From the IMG/VR virus record IMGVR_UViG_3300048611_000080, positions 1-59,030 of that record: DNA of 59,030 nucleotides; one strand, written 5' to 3'. This DNA is from a virus. This document shows, piece after piece, positions 8,717 through 17,029 of this stretch. The first letter of the stretch is position 1, and each line of letters starts with the position of its first letter. Position numbers and translations under genes: made by a program. Under the pieces are notes generated by a model. The model was not told the origin of the DNA. It made no database searches and worked only from the letters and a program-made list of their open reading frames with translations.

Positions 8717-10333
8717 TCAGTTCTTTCGGCCTACGACCTTGGCGTATTGCGCCTTGATGATGGGCAGCGAGTGCGCGTCCGGGCGACGGCGCTGTGACGA
8801 TGTTCGTGCCGACTTGCGCTGCGTGTTCGGCTCGGCCCATGCGAAGATGATCGACCAGGCGATGTCAGGCGACCGGCCGATCCGCTTCGATATCTCTTCG
8901 TTGTCCTCGATCTGGATGACCTTGCGCATATCCTCGTGCTTCTTCTCGCGGAATGCGGTCAGCTCCATGAGGATTTCCCGGCCCGGCGGGAGCGCGATAT
9001 TGTCGCCCTGGTCCGGATCCAGCCCTTCGCGCAGTCTCCAGACCCATTCGGCGCGCTTGTTGGCGAAACCACGAGCCCTTGACCGGTCCATTGCGGTCGA
9101 CGCCATCGCGCCCTTGCAGCGGACCACGTTGAATCCGTTGGTCTCCAGCGTATCGGAGAGACCGCCGCCATATCCGCCGCCGCAGTCGATGTTCATCTGC
9201 GGGTCGTCCTTGGCGGTGTTCACCACCATGGCGACCTTCGCTTCGGTCGCCTTCACATCGGCGCCGGCCTTGATCTTCGGCTCACCGAACACGACGCCGT
9301 GAAGCGGCGTACATACCATGCGGTCGGCGCCGCCGTCGGCGACGTCTATGCCCAGCGAGGTCATCGGCTTGGTCTTCAGTTCCCCCTTGCGGAGCATCCA
9401 TCTTTGCTGGGCCTTGAGAATCCACTCCGCCGGAATGACCTGGCGCTCGGAATCCTCCAGCGTGGTCAAGAACTTTCCCTGCAGGAGGGCGGATTGCAGA
9501 TGCATCGGCAGAGCCGCAAGCTGTGAGGCATAGCCGGTGTCGAGCAGGTCCGGGTTATCGCTCAGGCTCGCCGGGATGAAGGTCCGTGACTTGGGCCTGA
9601 CCTCCATCTCATTGCCGTTGGCGTCGACAACCAGGCCGACATAGTCGCGTTCGACCTCGATCTCATGCCCATTGACGTGGGCGAAGTATCTCAACTCCCC
9701 CGGCTTGGCCGGATTACGGTGTTCAGGATCAAGCCACGGCGCGAACCATTCGAAGATCCACAGCCCCTCAGGCGTCAGAGGCGGATTGGACGCTAGCACC
9801 ACCCTGCATCGCTGATCTGCGATCGCCGTCCGATTCCAGCCGATGATGAAGCGGACAATCGGCTCCTGGAACTGCACCGCCTCATCGAATCCGATGAAGT
9901 CGGCCGCGCGGCCCATATAGGCCTCAGCCTCCTTGTGAGACTCGAAGGCGCCGAACTCTACCGCCCGCCTGATCTTGCCCGGTATCGCCCAGACGTGCTT
10001 CTGCGAGTTGTAGCCGGTCGAGCTTCCGAGAATGCTCGCCAGGCCCGGAACAAGCCCGCCTTCGCCCTCCACATCCTTGAAGTGACGGCGGAACAGGCGG
10101 CTGACACGATGCTCGTTGATCGCCAGCCCCATGAGGAGCTGGGATTTGCCGCCGCCGGCGGCGCCGCCGTAATACAGCAGATCGGCCGGGCTGAAATACG
10201 CCTGCGTCTGAGGCCCAGGATTGGGAACCCAGCGCATTCCCGCCGTCGCCTTGTTGGCGAGGCTCATGACCTCCTTGCGTTCGCTATACGGCAGCGCTTC
10301 GAGGCGCCGGACGATGTCGTCCAGGAGGTTCAT
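8717..10333 (-). CDS. terL: Terminase large subunit
   Basis: 538 aa. Walker A motif YYGGAAGGGKSQL near the N-terminus. Follows a terS-like gene. Confidence 0.85.
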   Translation of the reverse strand: MNLLDDIVRRLEALPYSERKEVMSLANKATAGMRWVPNPGPQTQAYFSPADLLYYGGAAGGGKSQLLMGLAINEHRVSRLFRRHFKDVEGEGGLVPGLASILGSSTGYNSQKHVWAIPGKIRRAVEFGAFESHKEAEAYMGRAADFIGFDEAVQFQEPIVRFIIGWNRTAIADQRCRVVLASNPPLTPEGLWIFEWFAPWLDPEHRNPAKPGELRYFAHVNGHEIEVERDYVGLVVDANGNEMEVRPKSRTFIPASLSDNPDLLDTGYASQLAALPMHLQSALLQGKFLTTLEDSERQVIPAEWILKAQQRWMLRKGELKTKPMTSLGIDVADGGADRMVCTPLHGVVFGEPKIKAGADVKATEAKVAMVVNTAKDDPQMNIDCGGGYGGGLSDTLETNGFNVVRCKGAMASTAMDRSRARGFANKRAEWVWRLREGLDPDQGDNIALPPGREILMELTAFREKKHEDMRKVIQIEDNEEISKRIGRSPDIAWSIIFAWAEPNTQRKSARTSSQRRRPDAHSLPIIKAQYAKVVGRKN

Positions 10334-10402
10334 TGGAAGATTTCACCGATCGATCCGGCGGCGCGGTCGCATTTCGTGCCTCAAATCAGCGATCGAGGCG
10401 CA

Positions 10403-10852
10403 CTATTCTACCGACTGAACGCCCTTTGACAGAAGAAACGCAGCGCGCCTAGCAGCCGATCTGGCGTCCGGCGTCTCCGGATCCTCGGCTGGATCGGTCT
10501 CGCGCGTGTCGACGTGAGCCTTCTCGCTCCAGCCTTTGAACCGCTGCGCCATGTATTTGAGGTTTGCCGGCCCTTGGAACTCGCTGGGCGGTTTTTTCAG
10601 TCCAGACCGCACAGATTTGGCCCAATAGCTCTCGGCCGCTTCCTGCGCGCGCGAAAAGGCTTCCAAAAACTCTTGAAATTCATCGGCCCAGTTGTAAAGC
10701 GTCGCAATCCGCACATCGAGTTCATCGGCCATTTCCGCGACGCACATTCCCTCTTTGCCGCAGGCGACGATCTTCTCGCAGAATTCCTTGCGATACTTCG
10801 ACGGCCTTCCGCCTGGATGCTTTGGCTTAGGGAGGGTTTCAGTGTCAGGCAT
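10403..10852 (-). CDS. terS: Terminase small subunit
   Basis: 149 aa. N-terminal GGRPSKYRKEFCEKIVACGKEGMCVAEMADELDVRIATLYNWADEFQEF is the HTH signature common in small terminases. Confidence 0.7.
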   Translation of the reverse strand: MPDTETLPKPKHPGGRPSKYRKEFCEKIVACGKEGMCVAEMADELDVRIATLYNWADEFQEFLEAFSRAQEAAESYWAKSVRSGLKKPPSEFQGPANLKYMAQRFKGWSEKAHVDTRETDPAEDPETPDARSAARRAAFLLSKGVQSVE

Positions 10853-11069
10853 CGAATTTGTCCTGCCGCGCTTTGAAATGAGGATTCGGCACGAACTGGT
10901 CGAAGCGATCGATCTGCCCGAAAAGTTCGCTTGCCTCAGGCGCAGTCATGTTGGCCCACTTCTTCATGCGGCGCATGACTTCGCGGTCTCGCCAGTAGCG
11001 AACCTCAACCCGATACGCTGCCCAGCTAGCGACGATGAGCGCTGCAATCGCAATGAGCAGTTCAGGCAT
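10845..11069 (-). CDS. Small membrane protein (one N-terminal TM segment)
   Basis: Internal ATG of ORF 10845-11219. Sequence MPELLIAIAALIVASWAAY... 8-nt overlap with the upstream ORF stop. Confidence 0.45.
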   Translation of the reverse strand: MPELLIAIAALIVASWAAYRVEVRYWRDREVMRRMKKWANMTAPEASELFGQIDRFDQFVPNPHFKARQDKFDA

Positions 11070-11292
11070 TGTCTCTGGTCTTCCGAATGGCGTTGTGGAT
11101 TGGGTCGGCTGGTTTTGGCTCAATGGTGATGATATCTGGGCGACCGATCTTTTCGATAGTGATCTCACCGCCATTAAACTTAAGCCATTTCCTGCCCACG
11201 GGCCGAACAGCCTCACCAATGCGCCTAGCCTCCTGCTGAGAAATACACACGGCGTCCATGTGTTCGTTGAACAGGTGGGCGTATATGGTCAT
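11062..11292 (-). CDS. Hypothetical protein, first gene of the packaging/late operon
   Basis: 76-aa ORF preceded by a 280-bp non-coding region. Confidence 0.5.
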   Translation of the reverse strand: MTIYAHLFNEHMDAVCISQQEARRIGEAVRPVGRKWLKFNGGEITIEKIGRPDIITIEPKPADPIHNAIRKTRDNA

Positions 11293-11353
11293 TCTCTCTT
11301 CCGATAGGTGACGCCGCGTTCGTCTAGTGCGATCTGCCGGCGCTTTTGTAACA

Positions 11354-11479
11354 ATACTTCACAACATTGTGACTAGACTTCCAGCAAAACGACACTTTTG
11401 TCGCCCGCATTTCGCGAAGTATCGGTTTGACTTGCCAATACTTCGCTTACCTTAACTCCACGGCCAGCGAATACTTCGC
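11354..11479. promoter_or_regulatory. Cluster of four ATACTTC(G/A)C motifs in the intergenic region upstream of the late/packaging operon
   Basis: ATACTTCAC at 11354-11362, GCGAAGTAT (reverse orientation) at 11414-11422, ATACTTCGC at 11438-11446 and 11471-11479. The last sits in the inverted repeat GCGAA-TAC-TTCGC. Confidence 0.5.
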
Positions 11480-11572
11480 GTCGCTGTTTGAAGCCGCATT
11501 GACAATCAACAAGCGAGACCCGGGGAGGACTTAGCCCCTCGCCCAGGTCTCTAACCGGAAAGGACCCGGCTA

Positions 11573-12094
11573 ATGAAACGTACCACCCAAGAGCGTCCGT
11601 TTGAACAGCAGGCCTGCCTTGCCTTCGTCGGACTCTCGGTTGTCACCGCCACCCTGGGCTTCTGGGCCAAGGGCTGGCTGCCTGGTGTGCTCCTGACCAT
11701 CGCCATGTGCGTGGTCGTCTTTCTCCTGTCCCGCGCTGTGGAGCGGGTGCAGGAGGCCTGGAGCACCAGGAACTGGTTTACCGCCTGGGTCGCGGGCCTA
11801 CTCGCCCTCGGCTTCGGGGTAATCGAGGCGAACCTGAACCACATCGGGCTCGATCACCTCAATACCGCCTATGCATTGGCGCCGGCCGCCTATATCTGGC
11901 CCGCCTGTTTCTTCATCTCCGGCGTGAATGTCTTTGCCAGCTTCGGTTTCGCCCGTGTGCTGGAAGACAAGTCGGAGACCAAGGCCAAGCCCCGCGAAAA
12001 GTCCGCGGATGTCCTGGTCTTCGGGCCGAACCTTCAGGAGCGCCAAACGCTTCGGGAGATCGGCGAAAAACTCCGCGCTTCCGGCGCGATGTAG
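11573..12094 (+). CDS. Multi-pass membrane protein, independently oriented accessory gene (moron)
   Basis: 173 aa with about 4-5 hydrophobic segments. Opposite strand to both flanking operons. Followed by an intrinsic terminator. Confidence 0.65.
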   Translation: MKRTTQERPFEQQACLAFVGLSVVTATLGFWAKGWLPGVLLTIAMCVVVFLLSRAVERVQEAWSTRNWFTAWVAGLLALGFGVIEANLNHIGLDHLNTAYALAPAAYIWPACFFISGVNVFASFGFARVLEDKSETKAKPREKSADVLVFGPNLQERQTLREIGEKLRASGAM

Positions 12095-12114
12095 ACCACC
12101 CTCTCGAAACTCAG

Positions 12115-12144
12115 CCCCCGCCCTCGTGGCGGGGGTTTTTGTTT
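12115..12144. terminator. Intrinsic terminator between convergent genes
   Basis: Stem cccccgcc / ggcggggg with loop ctcgt, followed by tttttgttt on the plus strand. Confidence 0.75.
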
Positions 12145-12488
12145 CAGTTCAAGGTCGCGGTCGCTATAGCGCGGTCTATTCCATTCTCGCTGTAAACTGC
12201 CGTAAGCGCGCCGGGGTCCAGCCCGGTCAAGTCCAGAGAACCGATCGTGAAATCCTGCGCCGCGACCGTTCCGGAAGCCGTGACCGCATCCCCGCCCCCG
12301 GATGAGGTTATCGACAGGCTCCAGTCCTCATTGAGCGAAGCTTCCGTAACTGTCAGGGATACGTCGTCGTCATCCACACCTTCAGTATACTCGGCTGCGC
12401 CGAAGGCCAGCGTGATGCCGTCCAGGCCAAGGGGCGTGGACGTCAGCGCCCTGACGACAGGACGGACAAGGCCGCGAATGATGCTCAT
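12144..12488 (-). CDS. Hypothetical protein
   Basis: 114-aa ORF with an ATGA overlap to the upstream gene. Confidence 0.55.
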   Translation of the reverse strand: MSIIRGLVRPVVRALTSTPLGLDGITLAFGAAEYTEGVDDDDVSLTVTEASLNEDWSLSITSSGGGDAVTASGTVAAQDFTIGSLDLTGLDPGALTAVYSENGIDRAIATATLN

Positions 12489-12841
12489 AGCGCGTCGTAA
12501 TGCTCCAGATTCTTGCGGGCGGACACCGGAATCTCATCGAATGCGGGGTATTCCGCTCGGCCCGGAACCTCGCAGGCCTGGAACCAAAAGCCGCACATGG
12601 TCTCGCCAGGGAAAACCACGAGCTGGGTTTCTTGCCCGTCGAATCTCGACGCCAAGCGATCTGCGATCAACTTGTGAATCGCGTTGGCGCGCCCGTTCGG
12701 ACACGGCCAGGCCCGGTAAACCTCCTCGATCTTACCGGTCCCGCAGAGCCATTGGAGCTCGGCGGAGAGGGCGAGCTCGACTTCCCGCCTTACTGGAAAG
12801 CGCGGGTGAGGGATGATCGGCTTCCGCGTGGGGTCGTTCAC
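12485..12841 (-). CDS. Hypothetical protein
   Basis: 118-aa ORF with a GTG start overlapping the upstream stop (GTGA). Confidence 0.58.
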   Translation of the reverse strand: MNDPTRKPIIPHPRFPVRREVELALSAELQWLCGTGKIEEVYRAWPCPNGRANAIHKLIADRLASRFDGQETQLVVFPGETMCGFWFQACEVPGRAEYPAFDEIPVSARKNLEHYDAL

Positions 12842-12939
12842 GCGCCGGCAACGATAAGAAGCAGGGAGACGATACCGTAGCCGGCGGCGAGAACCAGGAC
12901 GGCCGCAGCCATCAGCCCGAGACGGTAGCGGATCGTCAT
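12838..12939 (-). CDS. 33-aa single-TM peptide (candidate)
   Basis: Manual translation: MTIRYRLGLMAAAVLVLAAGYGIVSLLLIVAGA. ATGA and GTGA coupling on both sides. Below the ORF-track length cutoff. Confidence 0.35.
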   Translation of the reverse strand: MTIRYRLGLMAAAVLVLAAGYGIVSLLLIVAGA

Positions 12940-13052
12940 TTGCGTTTCCGCCTCCCCAGCCTATTCGGGTCCATCATCGCTACGGAAATCACCAGAACAG
13001 CTAGGGAGAATAGGGCTGAGAGGCCGGTCAGGGCCATGAAGGTGGTGTACAT
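12936..13052 (-). CDS. 38-aa single-TM peptide (candidate)
   Basis: MYTTFMALTGLSALFSLAVLVISVAMMDPNRLGRRKRK, the only protein-like part of ORF 12936-13382. Weak SD. Confidence 0.38.
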   Translation of the reverse strand: MYTTFMALTGLSALFSLAVLVISVAMMDPNRLGRRKRK

Positions 13053-13065
13053 GGGGGCTCTGAAT

Positions 13066-13095
13066 GGAAAAGGGCGGCCCGTGAGAGCCGCCCCC
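13066..13095 (-). terminator. Intrinsic terminator-like hairpin at the end of the structured leader
   Basis: Minus strand reads GGGGGCGGC-UCUCACGG-GCCGCCC-UUUUCC. Stem is 13072-13078 / 13087-13093. The U-tract is short (4 U). Confidence 0.5.
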
Positions 13096-13393
13096 TTGAT
13101 CTGGCCTCTACCGTGAGAGTTCCTCCCCACCTGCCGATGAGGCGCACGGATTGCTGCTTCTACCAGACGCGGCCTACTCGCTAGCCCGCCCATGCCTGGG
13201 TAGGGCGAAGGTTTTAGCTCGCACCCTTTCGGGTCTTCTCTCGCCCCTAGGGGCTGTAGGTATCGCGGACCGGGCTTGATACCGGCTGCATCCTGAAGGG
13301 CTGAACCCGCCCCTTCTGCCTCGTCAAACGAGCTGGTCCATCCCAGCCGCCGCGATCTTGTGGCGCCCGTCTCTGGGCGCAATTCTCGAACTT
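13066..13393 (-). ncRNA. Structured non-coding leader or ncRNA of about 330 nt (class not recognised)
   Basis: About 370 bp with no credible coding frame. Nested helices on the minus strand are listed in the findings. A promoter-like element lies upstream and a GC hairpin plus U-tract lies at the 3' end. Confidence 0.4.
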
Positions 13394-13399
13394 GACGTT

Positions 13400-13428
13400 T
13401 TTATGCCCTTATTCGTGACTCGGTTCAA
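13400..13428 (-). promoter_or_regulatory. Sigma70-like promoter candidate reading into the structured leader
   Basis: Minus strand TTGAAC (13423-13428), 17 nt spacer, CATAAA (13400-13405). It overlaps the stop codon of the 208-aa gene. Confidence 0.35.
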
Positions 13429-14051
13429 GCGGCTTCTTCGAGCCTTTCGCCATACTCGTTGTGAATGGCGTCCAACGCGACCGCTAGGGCTTGTACAACC
13501 CGCCCCTGGAGCTTCCCGTTCTTGTAGCCATAGGCCTTGATCATATAGGCGGCCAACGAGAGGTTACGCTTGTGCGGATCGGACGGGTGGATGACGAGGG
13601 CATAAAGGACACGCAAGGACTCGCTGGGGACATTTTTCAGACAAGTCCGCAGGCGGTGCATCTTCTTGAGGGCTTTGCTCCGGCGCGAACTCCAGCCGTC
13701 GAAGCTGGTCTTGACCCTGATCACGTTCCGCGGCCTCTGTGTGGGCATGTAGACGCGCCTGGCCTTAGCGTAGAGGCGAATAGGGTCCGTGTCGCTCCCG
13801 GTGTTGGGCGCCTCCTCGGAGAGCTTGGAAAGGCCGGAGGCAGCAGCGTAGTAGTCGTTCACGATCCGAAGCATGTCGACCGCCGCGCCGGCCTGAGCGC
13901 CGGTAATCTCCCCTGCGTTGAGCAGCCGATCGATGGCGTCGATCTTCTTGATGACACCGCGGCCGGAATTGCCGGTGATGACGATCTCATCCGGCCCCTG
14001 CGGTTTCGGCGTCTGGTAGATTTCGTGCTTTGCCCCGTCCGCCCCTGCCAT
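13425..14051 (-). CDS. Hypothetical protein (208 aa), last large gene of the early-left operon; positional candidate for a late regulator
   Basis: Long ORF with protein-like composition. Any function is inferred from position only. Confidence 0.62.
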   Translation of the reverse strand: MAGADGAKHEIYQTPKPQGPDEIVITGNSGRGVIKKIDAIDRLLNAGEITGAQAGAAVDMLRIVNDYYAAASGLSKLSEEAPNTGSDTDPIRLYAKARRVYMPTQRPRNVIRVKTSFDGWSSRRSKALKKMHRLRTCLKNVPSESLRVLYALVIHPSDPHKRNLSLAAYMIKAYGYKNGKLQGRVVQALAVALDAIHNEYGERLEEAA

Positions 14052-14053
14052 GC

Positions 14054-14179
14054 TTAAGCCCTTTCCTCAAAACGCTGGTCGACGACGAAACCCGGGAACA
14101 GCACAGCCGACAGGATCGCGTAGAAGATGATCCATCCCGGCGTAGCCATTGCGGAGAGTGTGATTGCGGCGCGGGTCAT
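14054..14179 (-). CDS. 41-aa TM peptide (candidate)
   Basis: Manual translation: MTRAAITLSAMATPGWIIFYAILSAVLFPGFVVDQRFEERA. ATGA overlap with the upstream stop. Confidence 0.4.
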   Translation of the reverse strand: MTRAAITLSAMATPGWIIFYAILSAVLFPGFVVDQRFEERA

Positions 14180-14535
14180 GTGATGGGCCTGCTTTTTACC
14201 AGCTCATCCCAGAGGTCCTGGGCGGCGCGCGGGTGATCAGACTTGATCGCCGCGTCTAGCTTTTCATGCATCTCTTTTGTAAGTTTGGTAGGCATTCCGA
14301 CCTTGCTCTCCACTGCTGCGGAGAAGGCGAAGCAGGCAGCGACGAATGCCAATATTGCGAGCACTCCGGTTGCCACTATGATGACAAGGCGCACCGCTAT
14401 CCACGCTTCTTCGACTGGGCTCAGACCCTCATCAATCGTAATTGTCGCCCCTTGAAAGACGGTCAGCCATACTAAAGCTAGGCAGAGGACAACGCATCCG
14501 ACGCAGACCGTCGCAGCTTGGACTCGCTCGCTCAT
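14176..14535 (-). CDS. Two-TM membrane protein
   Basis: Internal ATG (MSERVQAATVCVGCVVLCLALVW...) of ORF 14176-14679, coupled by ATGA to a 30-aa peptide ORF. Confidence 0.55.
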   Translation of the reverse strand: MSERVQAATVCVGCVVLCLALVWLTVFQGATITIDEGLSPVEEAWIAVRLVIIVATGVLAILAFVAACFAFSAAVESKVGMPTKLTKEMHEKLDAAIKSDHPRAAQDLWDELVKSRPIT

Positions 14536-14624
14536 CGCATCGCTCCCAGCGCCCCAGCGCCAAACGCGCAGATCGCGATAAGGGCGATGAAGGTCCAGAA
14601 CATGAGGGGGAGGTTGAGGTTCAT
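14532..14624 (-). CDS. 30-aa TM peptide (candidate)
   Basis: Manual translation: MNLNLPLMFWTFIALIAICAFGAGALGAMR. ATGA overlaps at both ends. Confidence 0.35.
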   Translation of the reverse strand: MNLNLPLMFWTFIALIAICAFGAGALGAMR

Positions 14625-14926
14625 GGCTTAGGAAACTCCGGGACTGGCGCGCTGAGCGTATCGACGCGCTCTTGCACAAGCCGCTCGACGCGGCTCAACA
14701 TGCCGAGCAGATAGGTTCCGTCGGAATGATCCTCGATGCCGGCATAGCCTCTGTCGGAATGGTGCGGACCCCACGCGACGAAGGCGAAGCAACTCACCTG
14801 CCCGGCTTTGGCGCGCTCAAGCAGGCGCTCCAGATGCGCGACGATCTCGGGATTGACCGTGACGGTCGCCTCGATTGCCTCGCCGTTTTCTGCTACGACA
14901 CGGATCACAGCCTCATCCTCCACCAT
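14621..14926 (-). CDS. Hypothetical protein
   Basis: 101-aa ORF. The alternative GTG start at 14908 gives a GTGA overlap with the upstream stop. Confidence 0.58.
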   Translation of the reverse strand: MVEDEAVIRVVAENGEAIEATVTVNPEIVAHLERLLERAKAGQVSCFAFVAWGPHHSDRGYAGIEDHSDGTYLLGMLSRVERLVQERVDTLSAPVPEFPKP

Positions 14927-15198
14927 TCAGCGGCTGAAGCTTTAAGGGCGCGGTCAGTAATCTTCGGCTCTATGTCGGATTTGATCTTGCCGAAGGTGAG
15001 TTCAGCAGCGCGGGAGAGGCAGGCGCGGGCCTTGGTCCGGCAATCCTCGATTATGACCATGCCTTCGTATGTGTCGCGGTCTAGTTCTTCCCAAGTGATG
15101 CCGCGTAGTCCAAGTTCGTCGAGTTCGTAGCGCTGGCAATGCCCATAAATCGCCTTGGCGCATTCCTCGACCAAACGCTGATTGAAATCGTCGGTCAT
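14905..15198 (-). CDS. Hypothetical protein
   Basis: 97-aa ORF in the operon frame. Confidence 0.58.
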   Translation of the reverse strand: MTDDFNQRLVEECAKAIYGHCQRYELDELGLRGITWEELDRDTYEGMVIIEDCRTKARACLSRAAELTFGKIKSDIEPKITDRALKASAAEWWRMRL

Positions 15199-15476
15199 GG
15201 TCCTGCTCCGGGAGCGAGTTGCTGCTCAAGCTCAGCGATGCGCTTGCGCATTTCTTCGGCCTGCACCAACATCCGCATCTGGTCGTCGAAGCGAGTGGCC
15301 TGAACCTCTTGTGCGCAGCCGTATAGCGACTTCCAGTAGCGCGCCTCCTTGGACAACTCTCTGATGCGCTTGGCTGCATAGGTGGTTGCCCATGCCGTTT
15401 CAGGATAGTCGCGGGCGACGCCAGCCAATTCCTGCGCCGCATCGCGCTCGTTCCATTCTTCAGATTCCTTGGACAT
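15195..15476 (-). CDS. Hypothetical protein
   Basis: Internal ATG (MSKESEEWNERDAAQ...) of ORF 15195-15620. Overlaps the upstream stop by 1 nt. Confidence 0.55.
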   Translation of the reverse strand: MSKESEEWNERDAAQELAGVARDYPETAWATTYAAKRIRELSKEARYWKSLYGCAQEVQATRFDDQMRMLVQAEEMRKRIAELEQQLAPGAGP

Positions 15477-16585
15477 CACGCCTCCTTCTTCGCCTGCAGC
15501 ATCGCCTCTCCGGATAGGTCGATGATGTCGTGTTCGGATTCCGCCATCGCAGCGTTGGCCTCGGGGTTGGGCTTGCGAGCAAGATTGATGTAAACACCCT
15601 CGAAGGCGTCGAAGGCCCAAGTTGGGCTGCGCAAAATGAGATTGAGGATGCTGTTGCCAGCCGCCATGTCTTCAAGCTCTGCCCGAGTCACGTAGGACAA
15701 CTCGCCAACGAACGCGGAGACGAATTTACCGTCGCGCTGGACTCGAATAGCGATATCGTCGAGCGCGCTCACATCATTGAAAACGAGTTGTGGCGTCTCC
15801 CCGCCCGCTTCTGTCTCTGCGGCGGGGGTACCCGAGGCTTCTGGGCTGTCCGCGATGATCTGGTAAGCGACTACTTCAACATCTCTTTGAAATGGAATGC
15901 CGTGACGCCAAACATGATGGTCTCGCGCGACTGCGCCCTCTAGTTCGCCGCTTGAGAAGCCGTTCCGATATTTTATAATGACCCGCTCACCCCCGGACAG
16001 CGGGCACGGGCCACCGTCATGCACGAGCCACCGGTTTAGCCAAGTATTCTGCACCTCGTTATACGAGCGAACTCCGACTGCGCATTCGCCCGGCTTAAGC
16101 AGAAGCTCTCCGCCCCCTCCCTCCTGCTGGATGGAGCCTTGGGCGGGCGGGTCTTGCTGGTCGCGCTCGACACGCGGACGATTCATCAGCGCGTCCTGAT
16201 CGACCCAGCCGCGTAGCCACTCATCACGCTCCACGCCTTCGTTGAGGCCCCATGCGCCTTGCTGAGTAAGGCACAGGATGCGAGCACTGCGGCCATCGAA
16301 GTAATGGCTCAGACGCGCATCCTGCTCGGCCCGCTCAGGTGATGAGGGTAAAACGGACGCAGAGGTTTCACCGGCGCCTTGCGAACAGGAATCCATCTCT
16401 GCGGCGGTGGATGTGGGAAGGATGCCGCGAACGTCTTCAGCCTCGACCACAGTTTGCTCCAGCGCAGCTATAGCCGTATCCAAATCGTTAAGCTCGCGAC
16501 AAAGCTTCTCCTCCCGGTCCTCAACCGCCTTTAACTCTTCGCGCCGCTCGTCATGGCGCTTTTTCAGTTCTTCAAGCAGGCTCAT
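15476..16585 (-). CDS. Hypothetical protein with an N-terminal coiled coil
   Basis: 369-aa ORF. No motif recognised. Confidence 0.62.
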   Translation of the reverse strand: MSLLEELKKRHDERREELKAVEDREEKLCRELNDLDTAIAALEQTVVEAEDVRGILPTSTAAEMDSCSQGAGETSASVLPSSPERAEQDARLSHYFDGRSARILCLTQQGAWGLNEGVERDEWLRGWVDQDALMNRPRVERDQQDPPAQGSIQQEGGGGELLLKPGECAVGVRSYNEVQNTWLNRWLVHDGGPCPLSGGERVIIKYRNGFSSGELEGAVARDHHVWRHGIPFQRDVEVVAYQIIADSPEASGTPAAETEAGGETPQLVFNDVSALDDIAIRVQRDGKFVSAFVGELSYVTRAELEDMAAGNSILNLILRSPTWAFDAFEGVYINLARKPNPEANAAMAESEHDIIDLSGEAMLQAKKEA

Positions 16586-16600
16586 TCTCGTCTCCGTCGC

Positions 16601-17029
16601 CTATGCGGCTTGTTGGGTGTGTGTCTCTTCGGTCTCACGGAAATCTTCGAGGGCGTCTTCGAGACCGAAAGGCGCGTTGCGCTCCAGCCAATGGCAAAGC
16701 GCGGACTTGCAGACACCCATTCCCTTCGCGGTCTTGGTCAAGCTCCATCCGGCCGACCGACAAAGCGCAACCAACTCAAGCCGCGCGGCTGGATCGAATC
16801 CTTTGGACCTTCCGAGTATGCCGTTTTCAGCCAGGGCGGCGTGGTCGCTGGGGTCCACGTATTTTTGACAGAACAGCGTCACGCCGGCGCGTGTGAGGTT
16901 CCACCTGTCCGCAAGCCAGCTCAGGCTTTGGCCTTCGACCAAAGCTGTCCGAATATCCGCCATGCGCCGGCGAAGCCGCGTTTCCGGAAGTCCGTCCCGC
17001 CCGCCCTTGTGGGGTCCGCAATCGTTCAT
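16601..17029 (-). CDS. DNA-binding protein with two HTH-like segments
   Basis: 142 aa. Segments ...GQSLSWLADRWNLTRAGVTLFCQKY... and ...AGWSLTKTAKGMGVCKSALCHWLERN... resemble IS/terminase-type HTHs. Confidence 0.55.
   Translation of the reverse strand: MNDCGPHKGGRDGLPETRLRRRMADIRTALVEGQSLSWLADRWNLTRAGVTLFCQKYVDPSDHAALAENGILGRSKGFDPAARLELVALCRSAGWSLTKTAKGMGVCKSALCHWLERNAPFGLEDALEDFRETEETHTQQAA

Noticed and set aside
12936-13382. 148-aa ORF covering the structured non-coding region.
   Set aside because: It has a TTG start inside a hairpin and an Arg/Gly/Pro-rich, non-protein-like sequence. Only the last 38 codons (a TM peptide after the terminator) look coding.
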